DNA from: Dehalococcoidia bacterium
Lineage (GTDB): Bacteria; Chloroflexota; Dehalococcoidia; UBA2979
DNA: 64,000 nucleotides
Assembly (NCBI GenBank): GCA_965262725.1
Contig: OZ253555.1
Coordinates: 1,632,001 to 1,696,000, forward strand
Direction of reading: 5' to 3'
Within the stretch, counting starts at the first letter, position 1. Each line of letters opens with the position of its first letter. A program made the position numbers and the translations under genes. Positions 9,720-19,439 of the stretch are shown here, one piece after another. The notes below the pieces were generated by a model. The model searched no databases, had not been told where the DNA came from, and saw only the letters and a program-made list of their open reading frames with translations.

Positions 9720-11881
9720 GGACCGTCTTTTTGCGCGCATTGGAGTCCGATGACAAAGCGTCGGCTCTGCTTGGAGCGATCCGCGGATCAGCCTCGGAGC
9801 GAGGTGGACGTTTCGATGTGCAGGCGGCCGCGTTCGGGCGCGTGCCGCGTTCACCATTCGCGTATTGGGTAAGCGATCGTCTGCGCACTGTCTTTGCCGA
9901 CCTCCCACCTTTCGAGGCGGACGGGCGTGTCGTGAAACAAGGCCTTGCGACTGCCGACGACTTCCGGTTCGTGCGCGCGTGGTGGGCTGTTCCGGTACGC
10001 GTCTTGGGTTTGCGGTGGTTCCCGTACACAAAAGGCGGGAGCTTCTCGCGTTTCTACGCCGACACCCATGTGCTCGTGAACTGGCACCGCAGTGGGGCTG
10101 AAGTGAAGGCGAACGTCAACGAACGCGGGCAGATTCGCTCGAACGTCTGGATGCTTCGGGATACCGCGGCCGAATACTTCTTTCGTCCAGGCATCACCTG
10201 GCCGCTCCGGGGGGTTCGCTACTCAGCTCAGGCCGTTCCCGCGGAATGCGTGTTCAGCGTCGCAGGTAAGATGGCCTTTGCTGATCCCGCTGATCTTCTT
10301 TGCGTGCTTGCACTATTCAATTCGACTGCCTTCGACAAGTTCATCGCGTTTTTTGCTGGGAAGATCGGTGGGGTGCAGTATGAGGTCGGCCTTATCAAGT
10401 ACGTGCCGATCCCGCTCCTGAGTGCCGATGATGAGCGCTGTCTAGCCACACTCGCCAGCCGCGGTTGGTCGATGAAACGCTCGCTGGACTCGGCTGTTGA
10501 AAGCTCGCACGCCTTCATAGCCCCCGCGCTTGTGCGGGTTGAGGGTGCCCCGCTGAATGCTCGCGCGGTAGCGTGGGCTGAGCACATTCACCTTGTAGAA
10601 GACGCGCTTGCGGGGATACAGGCGGAGATCGACGAGCGCTGCTTCGAGCTCTACGGCATTGATGAGGCTGATCGGCGCGCCATGACGGAAGGCTTCGACA
10701 CCTCGGGCGACGCTGCAGAGGATGATGACGCCGAGGTCGACAACTCAGCCGCCGAAGCCGAGGATGCGGATAGCGCCGAAGCCGACGCGACCGGTCTGAC
10801 CGCAGAGCTGGTGTCGTGGGCGGTGGGGGTGGCCTTCGGGCGCTTCGATGTGCGGCTCGCTACTGGCGAGCGGGCACTTCCGGCGGAGCCTGATCCGTTC
10901 GACCCGCTGCCGATCTGCTCACCCGGGATGCTCACTGGCGACGACGGCCTGCCGCTCCGCGCGGCGCCTGAGGGCTACCCACTCGCCTTTTCCGAGGATG
11001 GCGTCCTCGTCGACGACCCAGGCCACGCGCGCGATCTCACCGCCGCGGTACGCGCCATCTTCGACACGGTGTTCGGTGCCGACGCCGACGCCCGCTGGCG
11101 TGAGGCGGCCGAGCTCCTCGATCCAAAGGAGCGCAACCTGCGCAGCTGGCTCGCGAAGGCCTTCTTCGAGCATCACCTCAAGCGCTACTCGAAGAGCAGG
11201 CGGAAGGCGCCGATCATCTGGCAGCTCGCCACGCCGTCGGCGAGCTATTCGGTCTGGCTCTACGCGCACCGCCTGACAGCGGACAGCCTCTTCCACGTCC
11301 AGAACGACGTCGTCGCGCCGAAGCTTGCGCTCGAGGAGCGCCGACATACAGCGCTCGTGCAGGCCGCTGGTCCGAACCCGCCTGCGAGCCAGCGCCGAGA
11401 GATCGCCGAGGTGGAGACGTTTGTCGAGGAGTTGCGAGTCCTGCTCACTGAAGTGAGGCGGGTGGCGCCGCTCTGGCAGCCCGACCTCAACGACGGGGTC
11501 GTGCTCACGATGGCGCCGCTCTGGCGTCTCGTGACCCAACATCGGGCGTGGCAGCGGGAGCTGAAGTCGGCCTGGGATGCGCTCTGCGCCGGGAGGTACG
11601 ACTGGGCGCAGAGCGCAATGCACCTCTGGCCTGAGCGCGTCGTGCCGAAGTGCGCCGAGGATCGCAGCCTCGCGATCGCGCACGGCCTGGAGGAAGTCTT
11701 CTGGGTCGAGGATGCGACCGGGAAATGGGAACCGCGACATTCGCCAACGCGCTCGGTCGAGGAGCTCGTCAGTGAGCGGACGTCACCTGCCGTGAAGTCA
11801 GCGCTGCAGAGCCTGGTCGATGCACCCGCACTCGCTTCCAATGGGCGGGGGCGACGTTCTCGAGCGGGGTCGTCGACGTGA
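9716..11881 (+). CDS. PglX C-terminal half, copy 1 (target-recognition/specificity subunit)
   Basis: ATGA overlap with the MTase gene; PRSPFAYW, KQGLATADD, KGG.FSRFY, PGITW; PglX C-terminal motifs HLKRYSKSRRKAPIIWQL, DLNDGV, YDWA..AMHLWPERV..KC..DRSLAIAHG. Confidence 0.85.
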   Translation: MRTVFLRALESDDKASALLGAIRGSASERGGRFDVQAAAFGRVPRSPFAYWVSDRLRTVFADLPPFEADGRVVKQGLATADDFRFVRAWWAVPVRVLGLRWFPYTKGGSFSRFYADTHVLVNWHRSGAEVKANVNERGQIRSNVWMLRDTAAEYFFRPGITWPLRGVRYSAQAVPAECVFSVAGKMAFADPADLLCVLALFNSTAFDKFIAFFAGKIGGVQYEVGLIKYVPIPLLSADDERCLATLASRGWSMKRSLDSAVESSHAFIAPALVRVEGAPLNARAVAWAEHIHLVEDALAGIQAEIDERCFELYGIDEADRRAMTEGFDTSGDAAEDDDAEVDNSAAEAEDADSAEADATGLTAELVSWAVGVAFGRFDVRLATGERALPAEPDPFDPLPICSPGMLTGDDGLPLRAAPEGYPLAFSEDGVLVDDPGHARDLTAAVRAIFDTVFGADADARWREAAELLDPKERNLRSWLAKAFFEHHLKRYSKSRRKAPIIWQLATPSASYSVWLYAHRLTADSLFHVQNDVVAPKLALEERRHTALVQAAGPNPPASQRREIAEVETFVEELRVLLTEVRRVAPLWQPDLNDGVVLTMAPLWRLVTQHRAWQRELKSAWDALCAGRYDWAQSAMHLWPERVVPKCAEDRSLAIAHGLEEVFWVEDATGKWEPRHSPTRSVEELVSERTSPAVKSALQSLVDAPALASNGRGRRSRAGSST
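11146..11867 (+). repeat. About 720-bp near-identical direct repeat, copy 1 (copy 2 at 13317-14038)
   Basis: Constant 2171-bp offset with only scattered substitutions (e.g. PPASQ/PTASQ, AQSAM/AQLAM). Confidence 0.95.
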
Positions 11882-14061
11882 AGACCGTCTTCCTCCGCGT
11901 GCTAGAGGCGCGGGACAAGGGCCCGGCTCTGCTCGGAGCCATCCGCCGACCGGGAGCCTCCGGAGCAGGTCGGCGATTCGAGGTCTCCGTTGCGAGTTTT
12001 GGCGGGGTGCCTCGGTCTCCTCTTGCCTACTGGGTGAGTTCGAGGGTGCTCAGCCTGTTCGCGGACCTGCCACGCCTCCAAGCAAATGGGCGTGTCGCTG
12101 CATCGGGCGGCAAGACCCTCGACGACTTTAGGTGGATCCGCGGATCGTGGGAGATCGTTCCTGAGGCGGTGGACCGATGGCTTGGCTACGCCAAGGGCGG
12201 CACCTTCTCACCCTACTACGCTGACGTTCACCTCCTGCTTGACTGGCGCGATGACGCGAGGGCGCTGAAGACTTACTTGGTCAACTACCGCGAGAGTCGG
12301 GGGTGGTCACCTAACTGGACGGCCGAGTTGCATGGCAGCGACCATTATCGCCGGCCTGGACTGACCTGGCCCAGACGCACGCAGAGTGGGCTCGCGCTTC
12401 GGGCGATGCCGGCCGGGTGTGTGTTCGCGGACAAGGGTCCAGCTGCGTTCGTTGCGAACGACTGTGGCAGCCGCCTACTGGCGCTTCTGGCAGTTTCGAA
12501 CTCCATGGCTTTCAAGTCGCTTGTCGAGCTCCAAATGGCATTCGGGTCGTTTGAGGTTGGCGTCATCCAGCGCGCCCCTGTTCCCCTCACTGTTGGTGGC
12601 GATGAGAGCGGGCTCACACAACTGGCTTACCGTGCGTGGTCGTCGAAGCGCTCCTTGGACACAGTCGTCGAGACGTCGCACGCCTTCACGCTTCCTGCGC
12701 TACTCCAGTCCGAAGGCGGCTCGCTCGCTGGTCGCGCGGCAGCGCGGGCTGAGCACGTGCGCCGCATCGAAGACGAGCTTGCGGCCATCCAGGCGGAGAT
12801 CGACGAGCGCTGCTTCGAGCTCTATGGGATCAACGAGGAGGACCGCCGCGTCATCACCGAGGGCTTCGGCGGCTCGGGCGACGCCTCGGTAAGTGACGAC
12901 GGCGACGGCGACGGCGAATCAGACGATGCCGGGGCTGCGCAGGATGGGGTAGCTGAGGCGGTTGGCCTGACGGCGGAGTTGGCGGCGTGGGCGGTGGGTG
13001 TGGCATTCGGGCGCTTCGATGTGCGGCTCGCCACGGGGGAGCGAGCGCTCCCGGACGAGCCCGAGCCGTTCGACCCGCTACCGGTCTGCTCACCCGGGAT
13101 GCTTACCGGTGACGACGGCCTGCCGCTCACTGCGGCGCCCGAGGGCTACCCGCTCGCCCTCCCGGAGGATGGCATCTTCGTGGACGACCCCGGCCATACG
13201 CGGGATCACACCGCCGCAGTGCGAGCGGTCTTCGACGTCGTGTTCGGAGGCGACGCCGATGCGCGCTGGCGTGAGGCGGCGGAGCTCTTCGATCCGAAGG
13301 AGCGCAGCCTGCGCACCTGGCTCGCGAAGGCCTTCTTCGAGCATCACCTCAAGCGCTACTCGAAGAGCAGGCGGAAGGCGCCGATCATCTGGCAGCTCGC
13401 CACGCCGTCGGCGAGCTATTCGGTCTGGCTCTACGCGCACCGCCTGACAGCGGACAGCCTCTTCCACGTCCAGAACGACGTCGTCGCGCCGAAGCTTGCG
13501 CTCGAGGAGCGCCGACATACAGCGCTCGTGCAGGCCGCTGGTCCGAACCCGACTGCGAGCCAGCGCCGAGAGATCGCCGAGGTGGAGACGTTTGTCGAGG
13601 AGTTGCGAGTCCTGCTCACTGAAGTGAGGCGGGTGGCGCCGCTCTGGCAGCCCGACCTCAACGACGGGGTCGTGCTCACGATGGCGCCGCTCTGGCGTCT
13701 CGTGACCCAACATCGGGCGTGGCAGCGGGAGCTGAAGTCGGCCTGGGATGCGCTCTGCGCCGGGAGGTACGACTGGGCGCAGCTCGCAATGCACCTCTGG
13801 CCCGAGCGCGTCGTGCCGAAGTGCGCCGAGGACCGCAGCCTCGCGATCGCCCATGGTCTCGAGGAGGTCTTCTGGGTCGAGGACGCGAACGGGAAGTGGG
13901 AACCGCGACATTCGCCAACGCGCTCGGTGGAGGAGCTCGTCAGTGAGCGGACGTCACCTGCCGTGAAGTCAGCGCTGCAGAGCCTGGTCGATGCACCCGC
14001 ACTCGCTTCCAATGGGCGGGGGCGACGTTCTCGAGCGGCGTCGACACTGGGGGCGGATTAG
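11878..14061 (+). CDS. PglX C-terminal half, copy 2 (alternative specificity subunit)
   Basis: GTGA overlap with copy 1; collinear paralog with a divergent N-terminal TRD region and a near-identical C-terminus. Confidence 0.85.
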   Translation: MKTVFLRVLEARDKGPALLGAIRRPGASGAGRRFEVSVASFGGVPRSPLAYWVSSRVLSLFADLPRLQANGRVAASGGKTLDDFRWIRGSWEIVPEAVDRWLGYAKGGTFSPYYADVHLLLDWRDDARALKTYLVNYRESRGWSPNWTAELHGSDHYRRPGLTWPRRTQSGLALRAMPAGCVFADKGPAAFVANDCGSRLLALLAVSNSMAFKSLVELQMAFGSFEVGVIQRAPVPLTVGGDESGLTQLAYRAWSSKRSLDTVVETSHAFTLPALLQSEGGSLAGRAAARAEHVRRIEDELAAIQAEIDERCFELYGINEEDRRVITEGFGGSGDASVSDDGDGDGESDDAGAAQDGVAEAVGLTAELAAWAVGVAFGRFDVRLATGERALPDEPEPFDPLPVCSPGMLTGDDGLPLTAAPEGYPLALPEDGIFVDDPGHTRDHTAAVRAVFDVVFGGDADARWREAAELFDPKERSLRTWLAKAFFEHHLKRYSKSRRKAPIIWQLATPSASYSVWLYAHRLTADSLFHVQNDVVAPKLALEERRHTALVQAAGPNPTASQRREIAEVETFVEELRVLLTEVRRVAPLWQPDLNDGVVLTMAPLWRLVTQHRAWQRELKSAWDALCAGRYDWAQLAMHLWPERVVPKCAEDRSLAIAHGLEEVFWVEDANGKWEPRHSPTRSVEELVSERTSPAVKSALQSLVDAPALASNGRGRRSRAASTLGAD
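13317..14038 (+). repeat. About 720-bp near-identical direct repeat, copy 2
   Basis: Matches 11146-11867. Confidence 0.95.
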
Positions 14062-14062
14062 C

Positions 14063-16600
14063 TTGCACGCACTCCACGACTACCTCTGTCAGCAGCTCGA
14101 GGATCTGCTCCGCAAGCGTTCGGTCGTCGTCTTCTACGACCCTCGCCGGGAGTTCGCACCCTTCTTCCGTGAGTTGAGCGACGGTGGCTCAGAGGCTGGG
14201 CAGCTCCGGCACGTTGTCATCGGTTCACTGCCGGCAGCACTCGTGGAGTACAACGGCTCGTTCTACCAACTTCGCGCTGAGGTTGAGGAGCTGGTGGGGG
14301 AGGATCGACCGGCGCCGCTCATGCTCTACGTCCCTGGCGTCAATCGAGACCCGAAGAACTCCGTACTCATGGAACTCGAGCTCGGCGGCAGCCGTTACGA
14401 GCAGCCGCTCAACCGTCTCGCGCTCAACGTTCTCCGCAAGAGCTTCTCCGACGGACAGATCGATGAACTGCTCCGCCTGGGAAGCACGACTTACGAGGAC
14501 ATCGTGTCGTTCCTCCAGCAGGCTGAGGAAGGCGAACCCGCGTCGGCGCTCCGCGGGCTCTTTGGAGGCCTCCGTAGCGAGCCGCTCATCGCCGAGTGGC
14601 TCGCAAGTGTCGAGCGCGACGATGCGATTTCCGAAAGGGATGCGACTTCTGAGCTGTTCAAGTTGCTCGAGACCCGCGTGGGCCTGGCCCTCACCGAGGC
14701 GTCATCGCTCAGCGAAGCGCGGGAGCGGGCGGCACGGTACGTGCTCATTGGTGAGTTCCGGGCCGACCTCTCTGGAGAGCCTCCCCCGTCGATCTCGCTC
14801 GTCCCAGTCCCCCAGTCGAAGGAGCACCAGGCGCGCATCGCCGAGATAGCTCGCCTGCTTCGCCGTGACCGGCCAGACCGGTATGCCGCACTGGCAGACA
14901 GGGTGGAGCGAGAGCTGGGACTTCAGGATGCGCCCATCGCGCCCTCTCAGCTCGGTGCCGTGGACACGTTCGGATTCGAGGAGAGACGTCTGCTTGAGCG
15001 CGTCGGTGAGCTCATCGCGACCAAGGCATATGGCGAAGCCCTGGACGTGATCTCGGGCCGTCGACGCAGCTTCTGGGTGGACCGCGATGTGCCACGCCAG
15101 GCGCAGTGGGAGGCCAGCCGCCTCATGGCGACCTTGGGCACTGCAATTGCTGCGGCTCGTGTAGAGCTTCCGAAGTTTGGGGTCGATGCGACGGCGTGGG
15201 TCGAGGCGTATGCCGCCGACCGCGGCTGGCATGAGATCGACCGGCTGCACCGTGCGCTTGAGACCTGGGTCGCGAAGATGAGCGAGGAGCCCGAGAGCGA
15301 ACAGGCGTTGGCGGTCATCCGTCGCGAGCAAGAGGACCTGCTTCAGCTGATGGCGGAAGGATTCGGGAAGGCCTTCCAAGCAGCTGGCTGGACGGTTCCG
15401 AACATCCTTCACCAGACGGGCATCTATCCGCAGGTCGTGGAGTCGCTGCCGGGCCCGGTCGCTTACTTCTTCGTCGATGCAATGCGTTTCGAGATGGGCG
15501 CCGAGCTGGCGCAGCAGCTCCAGGGCGCAAGCGACCTCAGGCTGCGGCCCGCCATCGCGGCGCTCCCGTCGATTACGCCGGTCGGCATGGCCGCGCTCCT
15601 GCCGGGCGCATCGGCGAGCTTTTCGGTCGTGGAGGGGCGTGGGCGAATCGCCTCCCGCATGAACGGCACCGCAATGCCAGGCATCACTGAGCGTATGAGG
15701 TACTTGAAGGCGCGGGTTGTTGGTCTCCGCGAGCTGACGCTGGACGACGTTCTGCGTCGCCGGATGCCCGAGCTTCGTCGGAGCGTCGATTCCGCGCCAC
15801 TGGTGATCGTTCGTTCGGACGAGATCGACGCGCTCGGGGAGAACGTGCAGGACTCCACTGCGCGAGCCGCCATGGAGAGTGTAATCGGCAACATTGCTCG
15901 GGCCGTACGAAAGCTGGCCGCCGCCGGCATCGAGCGGTTCGTGATCACGGCCGATCACGGGCACCAGTTCGCCATCCGCAAAGAAGAAGATATGCGTACG
16001 GACAATCCGGGCGGCGACGCTCTCGAGGTTCACCGCCGTTGTTGGATCGGGCGTGGTGGAACCACGCCGCCGGGCACCGTCCGGGTGACCGGAGCGGAGC
16101 TCGGCTATGACACCGACCTCGAGTTCGTCTTCCCGACCGGGCTCGGTGTCTTCAAGGCTGGCGGCGGCCTCAGCTTCCATCACGGCGGGTTCAGCCTCCA
16201 AGAACTGGTGATCCCAGTCGTCAGCCTCCGCATTGCAGCAGAACCGGTGAAGCCGCAAGGCGGCCAGCGGGTTCGTCTCGAAGACGTCCCTGCGCGCATC
16301 ACGAATCGGATGTTCGTTGTCCAGGTCGTTTCAAGCGCCGACCTCTTCGATACGGAGCCGCTGTCGCTCCGGGTCGTCTTGCTCTCGGGAGACGAACAGG
16401 TCGGCCAAGCAGGCATGGCGACTGGGGCGGAACTCGATAACGTAAAGAGCGAACTGCAGCTCGCGCCCGGGACGGCTGCCAGCGTGGGTATGATGCTCAT
16501 GCGCGATGACATCACTTCGCTGCGCATCCTAGTCCAAGACGCCGTCACCGATGCAGTGCTCGAGCAGTCGGAATCCATCCCGGTGCAATTAGGGATATAG
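14063..16600 (+). CDS. pglZ: BREX alkaline-phosphatase-fold protein PglZ
   Basis: VVVFYDP, FVDAMRFEMG, LPSITPVGMAALLP, ITADHGH, FHHGGFSLQELVIP; probable TTG start at 14063. Confidence 0.95.
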   Translation: MHALHDYLCQQLEDLLRKRSVVVFYDPRREFAPFFRELSDGGSEAGQLRHVVIGSLPAALVEYNGSFYQLRAEVEELVGEDRPAPLMLYVPGVNRDPKNSVLMELELGGSRYEQPLNRLALNVLRKSFSDGQIDELLRLGSTTYEDIVSFLQQAEEGEPASALRGLFGGLRSEPLIAEWLASVERDDAISERDATSELFKLLETRVGLALTEASSLSEARERAARYVLIGEFRADLSGEPPPSISLVPVPQSKEHQARIAEIARLLRRDRPDRYAALADRVERELGLQDAPIAPSQLGAVDTFGFEERRLLERVGELIATKAYGEALDVISGRRRSFWVDRDVPRQAQWEASRLMATLGTAIAAARVELPKFGVDATAWVEAYAADRGWHEIDRLHRALETWVAKMSEEPESEQALAVIRREQEDLLQLMAEGFGKAFQAAGWTVPNILHQTGIYPQVVESLPGPVAYFFVDAMRFEMGAELAQQLQGASDLRLRPAIAALPSITPVGMAALLPGASASFSVVEGRGRIASRMNGTAMPGITERMRYLKARVVGLRELTLDDVLRRRMPELRRSVDSAPLVIVRSDEIDALGENVQDSTARAAMESVIGNIARAVRKLAAAGIERFVITADHGHQFAIRKEEDMRTDNPGGDALEVHRRCWIGRGGTTPPGTVRVTGAELGYDTDLEFVFPTGLGVFKAGGGLSFHHGGFSLQELVIPVVSLRIAAEPVKPQGGQRVRLEDVPARITNRMFVVQVVSSADLFDTEPLSLRVVLLSGDEQVGQAGMATGAELDNVKSELQLAPGTAASVGMMLMRDDITSLRILVQDAVTDAVLEQSESIPVQLGI

Positions 16601-16603
16601 GCC

Positions 16604-18646
16604 ATGATCAACGTGCAGGCTCCCGCCCGCGACGCGCTAGACGACAAGGTCAACCGCATCTTTGCCGGAAAGGCCGTGAGAAAGGACCTCGTCCGCAAGG
16701 TCAAGGTCGGTGCCAACGTTCCCGTCTTTGTTCTGGAGTACCTGCTCGGGAAGTACTGCGCTTCCTCGGACGAGATGGCAATCCAGATGGGGTTGCAGGT
16801 CGTCAACAACACTCTCGCCGAGAACTACATCAGGCCCGACGAAGCGCAGCGTGCTCAGAGCAAGGTAAAGGAGCTGGGGCGCCACACGTTCATCGATAAG
16901 GTGAAAGTGCGCTTGACGGACTCCGAGTACTGGGCTGAGGTGACGAATTTCGGTCACCGCTTTGTCCACATCCCTGACCACTACGTTCGTGATTTCGATC
17001 GCCTGCTCACCGGTGGTATCTGGGCGCAGATCGACATGCGGTTCGAGTATGACGAGGAATCGCGGGGCAAGAACCCGTTCTGGATTGAGAAGCTCACGCC
17101 GATCCAGCTCGCTACATTCGATCTTGATGAGTACCGCGGGCTGCGTGCCGAGTTCACCACTGACGAGTGGCTGGACCTCATGGTCCGGAGCATGGGCTAC
17201 GAGCCGTCGATCATGGATCGGAGACTGAAGCTCCTCTTCCTGCTCCGCCTCATCCCACTGTGCGAACGCAACTACAACTTGGTCGAGCTTGGTCCCAGGG
17301 GAACCGGTAAGAGTTACGCGATTCAGGAGTTCTCACCCTACGCGGCTCTGCTGACGGGGCCGACGACGGTCGCCAATCTCTTTGGCCATATGAGCGGCAG
17401 GCAGAAGGGTATGGTCATGATCTGGGACGTCGTCGGCTTCGACGAGGTCGGGGATCTCCAGAAGATGCCGAAGGAAGTGATCACCACGCTCAAGACCTAC
17501 TGTGAGTCTGGTCAGTTCCAGCGTGGGCAAGAGGCGATGGCGGGCTACGCCAGTATCGCCATGTTCGGGAACACTCAGCAACCGGTAGACGTGATGGTCC
17601 AGACCGGGCACCTCTTCGCACCGCTGCCCGAGGTGATCCGAGATGACATGGCATTCATCGACCGCATGCACTTCTACCTCCCGGGGTGGGAAGTGCCAAA
17701 GATGCGCAACGAGCACTTCACGGACCATTACGGATTCGTTGTCGACTACCTCGCGGAGGCGCTTCGCGAGCTGCGCAAGCTGAACTACACTGAGACTCTC
17801 GATCACGCTTTCTCGCTCGGCTCCCACTTGAACGCTCGCGACCGCAAGGCGGTTCGTCATACCGTCGCCGGTCTCGTGAAGATCCTGCATCCCAACGGCG
17901 ACGTGTCGAAGGACGACATGGAGGAGATCGCTGCGCTGGCGCTCGAAGGTCGTCGGCGAGTCAAGGAACAGCTCAAGAAGATGGGTTCCTTCGAATATCA
18001 CCAGACTTCGTTCAGCTACATCGACAACGAGTCCGGTGAAGAACACTTCGTTGGTGTACCCGAGCAAGGTGGTCGCGATCTCATCTCCCCGGACCCGCTC
18101 GCACCGGGCACGATCTACGCGGCTTCCGTGACAAACGACGGAACAGTCGGTCTGTATCGGGTGGAAGTCACAACGTCCAACGGAACGGGGAAGCTGCGCC
18201 CGGCGGGAGCACTGCGGGGGCTCGTGAGAGAGTCCGTCCAGCGTGCGTTCGGCTACCTGCAGTCGAATCAGACTTCGTTTGGCGTGGCGAGCGCACTCGA
18301 CGGTTCAGACCTCCACGTCGAAGTCGTTGATCTGCTGGGCAATCGCGCCGATGCAGAGATCGGGGTCGCGTTCTTCATCGCCGCCTACTCAATCTTGCGG
18401 CGGAGCGCCCCACTCCCGGCGCTACTCGTTCTCGGTGATCTCAGCATCCAGGGGAACATCAAGCCGGTGACGTCGCTCGTTGAACCATTGCGACTCGCGA
18501 TGGACAACGGTGCGAAGCGCGCACTGATCCCGATCGAGAATAAGCGCCACTTCTTCGACGTTCCTGCGGACATCCTCGAGATGGTAGATCCGGTTTTCTA
18601 CGGCGATATGCGAACGGCTGCCTTCAAGGCCTTGGACCTGGGCTGA
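16604..18646 (+). CDS. brxL: BREX Lon-like ATPase BrxL
   Basis: ANVPVFVLEYLLGKYC, ELGPRGTGKS, FDEV, AFIDRMH.YLPGWE, C-terminal Lon-like domain (LGDLSIQG). Confidence 0.95.
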   Translation: MINVQAPARDALDDKVNRIFAGKAVRKDLVRKVKVGANVPVFVLEYLLGKYCASSDEMAIQMGLQVVNNTLAENYIRPDEAQRAQSKVKELGRHTFIDKVKVRLTDSEYWAEVTNFGHRFVHIPDHYVRDFDRLLTGGIWAQIDMRFEYDEESRGKNPFWIEKLTPIQLATFDLDEYRGLRAEFTTDEWLDLMVRSMGYEPSIMDRRLKLLFLLRLIPLCERNYNLVELGPRGTGKSYAIQEFSPYAALLTGPTTVANLFGHMSGRQKGMVMIWDVVGFDEVGDLQKMPKEVITTLKTYCESGQFQRGQEAMAGYASIAMFGNTQQPVDVMVQTGHLFAPLPEVIRDDMAFIDRMHFYLPGWEVPKMRNEHFTDHYGFVVDYLAEALRELRKLNYTETLDHAFSLGSHLNARDRKAVRHTVAGLVKILHPNGDVSKDDMEEIAALALEGRRRVKEQLKKMGSFEYHQTSFSYIDNESGEEHFVGVPEQGGRDLISPDPLAPGTIYAASVTNDGTVGLYRVEVTTSNGTGKLRPAGALRGLVRESVQRAFGYLQSNQTSFGVASALDGSDLHVEVVDLLGNRADAEIGVAFFIAAYSILRRSAPLPALLVLGDLSIQGNIKPVTSLVEPLRLAMDNGAKRALIPIENKRHFFDVPADILEMVDPVFYGDMRTAAFKALDLG

Positions 18647-18744
18647 TCGTCGCAGAGTCGCTTCGTGACAGGAGTCGGCTGCATAGCAAGCGCTTCGGGC
18701 CTTCCACTGCTAGGCCTCAGTTGCGAGGGTGCGAACAATTGACC

Positions 18745-18758
18745 AGAACGCACGTTCG
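18745..18758. promoter_or_regulatory. Possible LexA/SOS box (GAAC-N4-GTTC) next to a TTGACC -35-like hexamer
   Basis: AGAACGCACGTTCG matches the Gram-positive/Chloroflexi SOS consensus; no clear target gene. Confidence 0.35.
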
Positions 18759-18939
18759 TCTGACCGGACCCCGTGTTCCACCACCGCGCATGAGCACCAG
18801 TTCGGGACACTGGGGGTCAAGAATCCCATCCCGAGCGTGTCCTCTCCGCCGTTGGTCGGCTCCCTCGAAGTAGTCTGGATCGTTCGTAGGCTCGGATGCT
18901 GTTGCGAGGGGGACGCGCTCCGTGGCGCCGCAGCCACGC

Positions 18940-19206
18940 CTACGGCAGCCGCCGGAAGGAGAGATCTGCGACTACTCCAAAGTGGTCCGAGAGGTTTCTC
19001 TTCTCATCGACATTGCTGATCACGTCCGCTCCCTCGACCGCCAGTTCCTCACTCAGCGCAATGTGGTCGATGCTCCTGCGCCCCTCGACGGCAAGCGACG
19101 AGGTCGCGATCGTCAGGCCCGGCGTGAAGGCCCGGCCCAGTGCCGACCTGACCTCGGCGGGTGCACGGCCGCCCGCCCCGACGACCTGGTTGAAGTCCCC
19201 CATCAC
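18940..19206 (-). pseudogene. Endonuclease/exonuclease/phosphatase (EEP) C-terminal fragment
   Basis: GDFN, IDHI, SDH motifs; N-terminus replaced by the IS110 fragment. Confidence 0.75.
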
Positions 19207-19208
19207 TA

Positions 19209-19403
19209 TCAGTCGTTCCGCAGTGCCCCGTCCGGGGAGCCGAAGGACTCCGCGCGAGCGAGGAGCGCCTCGATGTCGGCCTCGTCGTTCGCGACGGCGC
19301 CGGCGAACAGCGGCGAGCCTGCCGCGTCCAGCACGTCGGCGAAGTGCTCTGTCTTACCGATGTCGAGGCCGATCCACACGGTCGTTTCGTCGGGCGTACC
19401 CAC
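19209..19403 (-). pseudogene. IS110-family recombinase N-terminal fragment
   Basis: WIGLDIGKTEHFA.VLD..G......VAND, the RuvC-like DEDD N-terminus; stops after 64 aa; GGAAGGAG RBS upstream. Confidence 0.85.
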
Positions 19404-19439
19404 TGCAACTCCTTCCGGGTTTCCCCCTCACTCAGTAGG

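Noticed and set aside
9700-9730. pglX as a frameshifted pseudogene
   Set aside because: The break is a clean ATGA coupling at a domain boundary, and the second paralog starts at the same homologous position; no homopolymer slip site is visible
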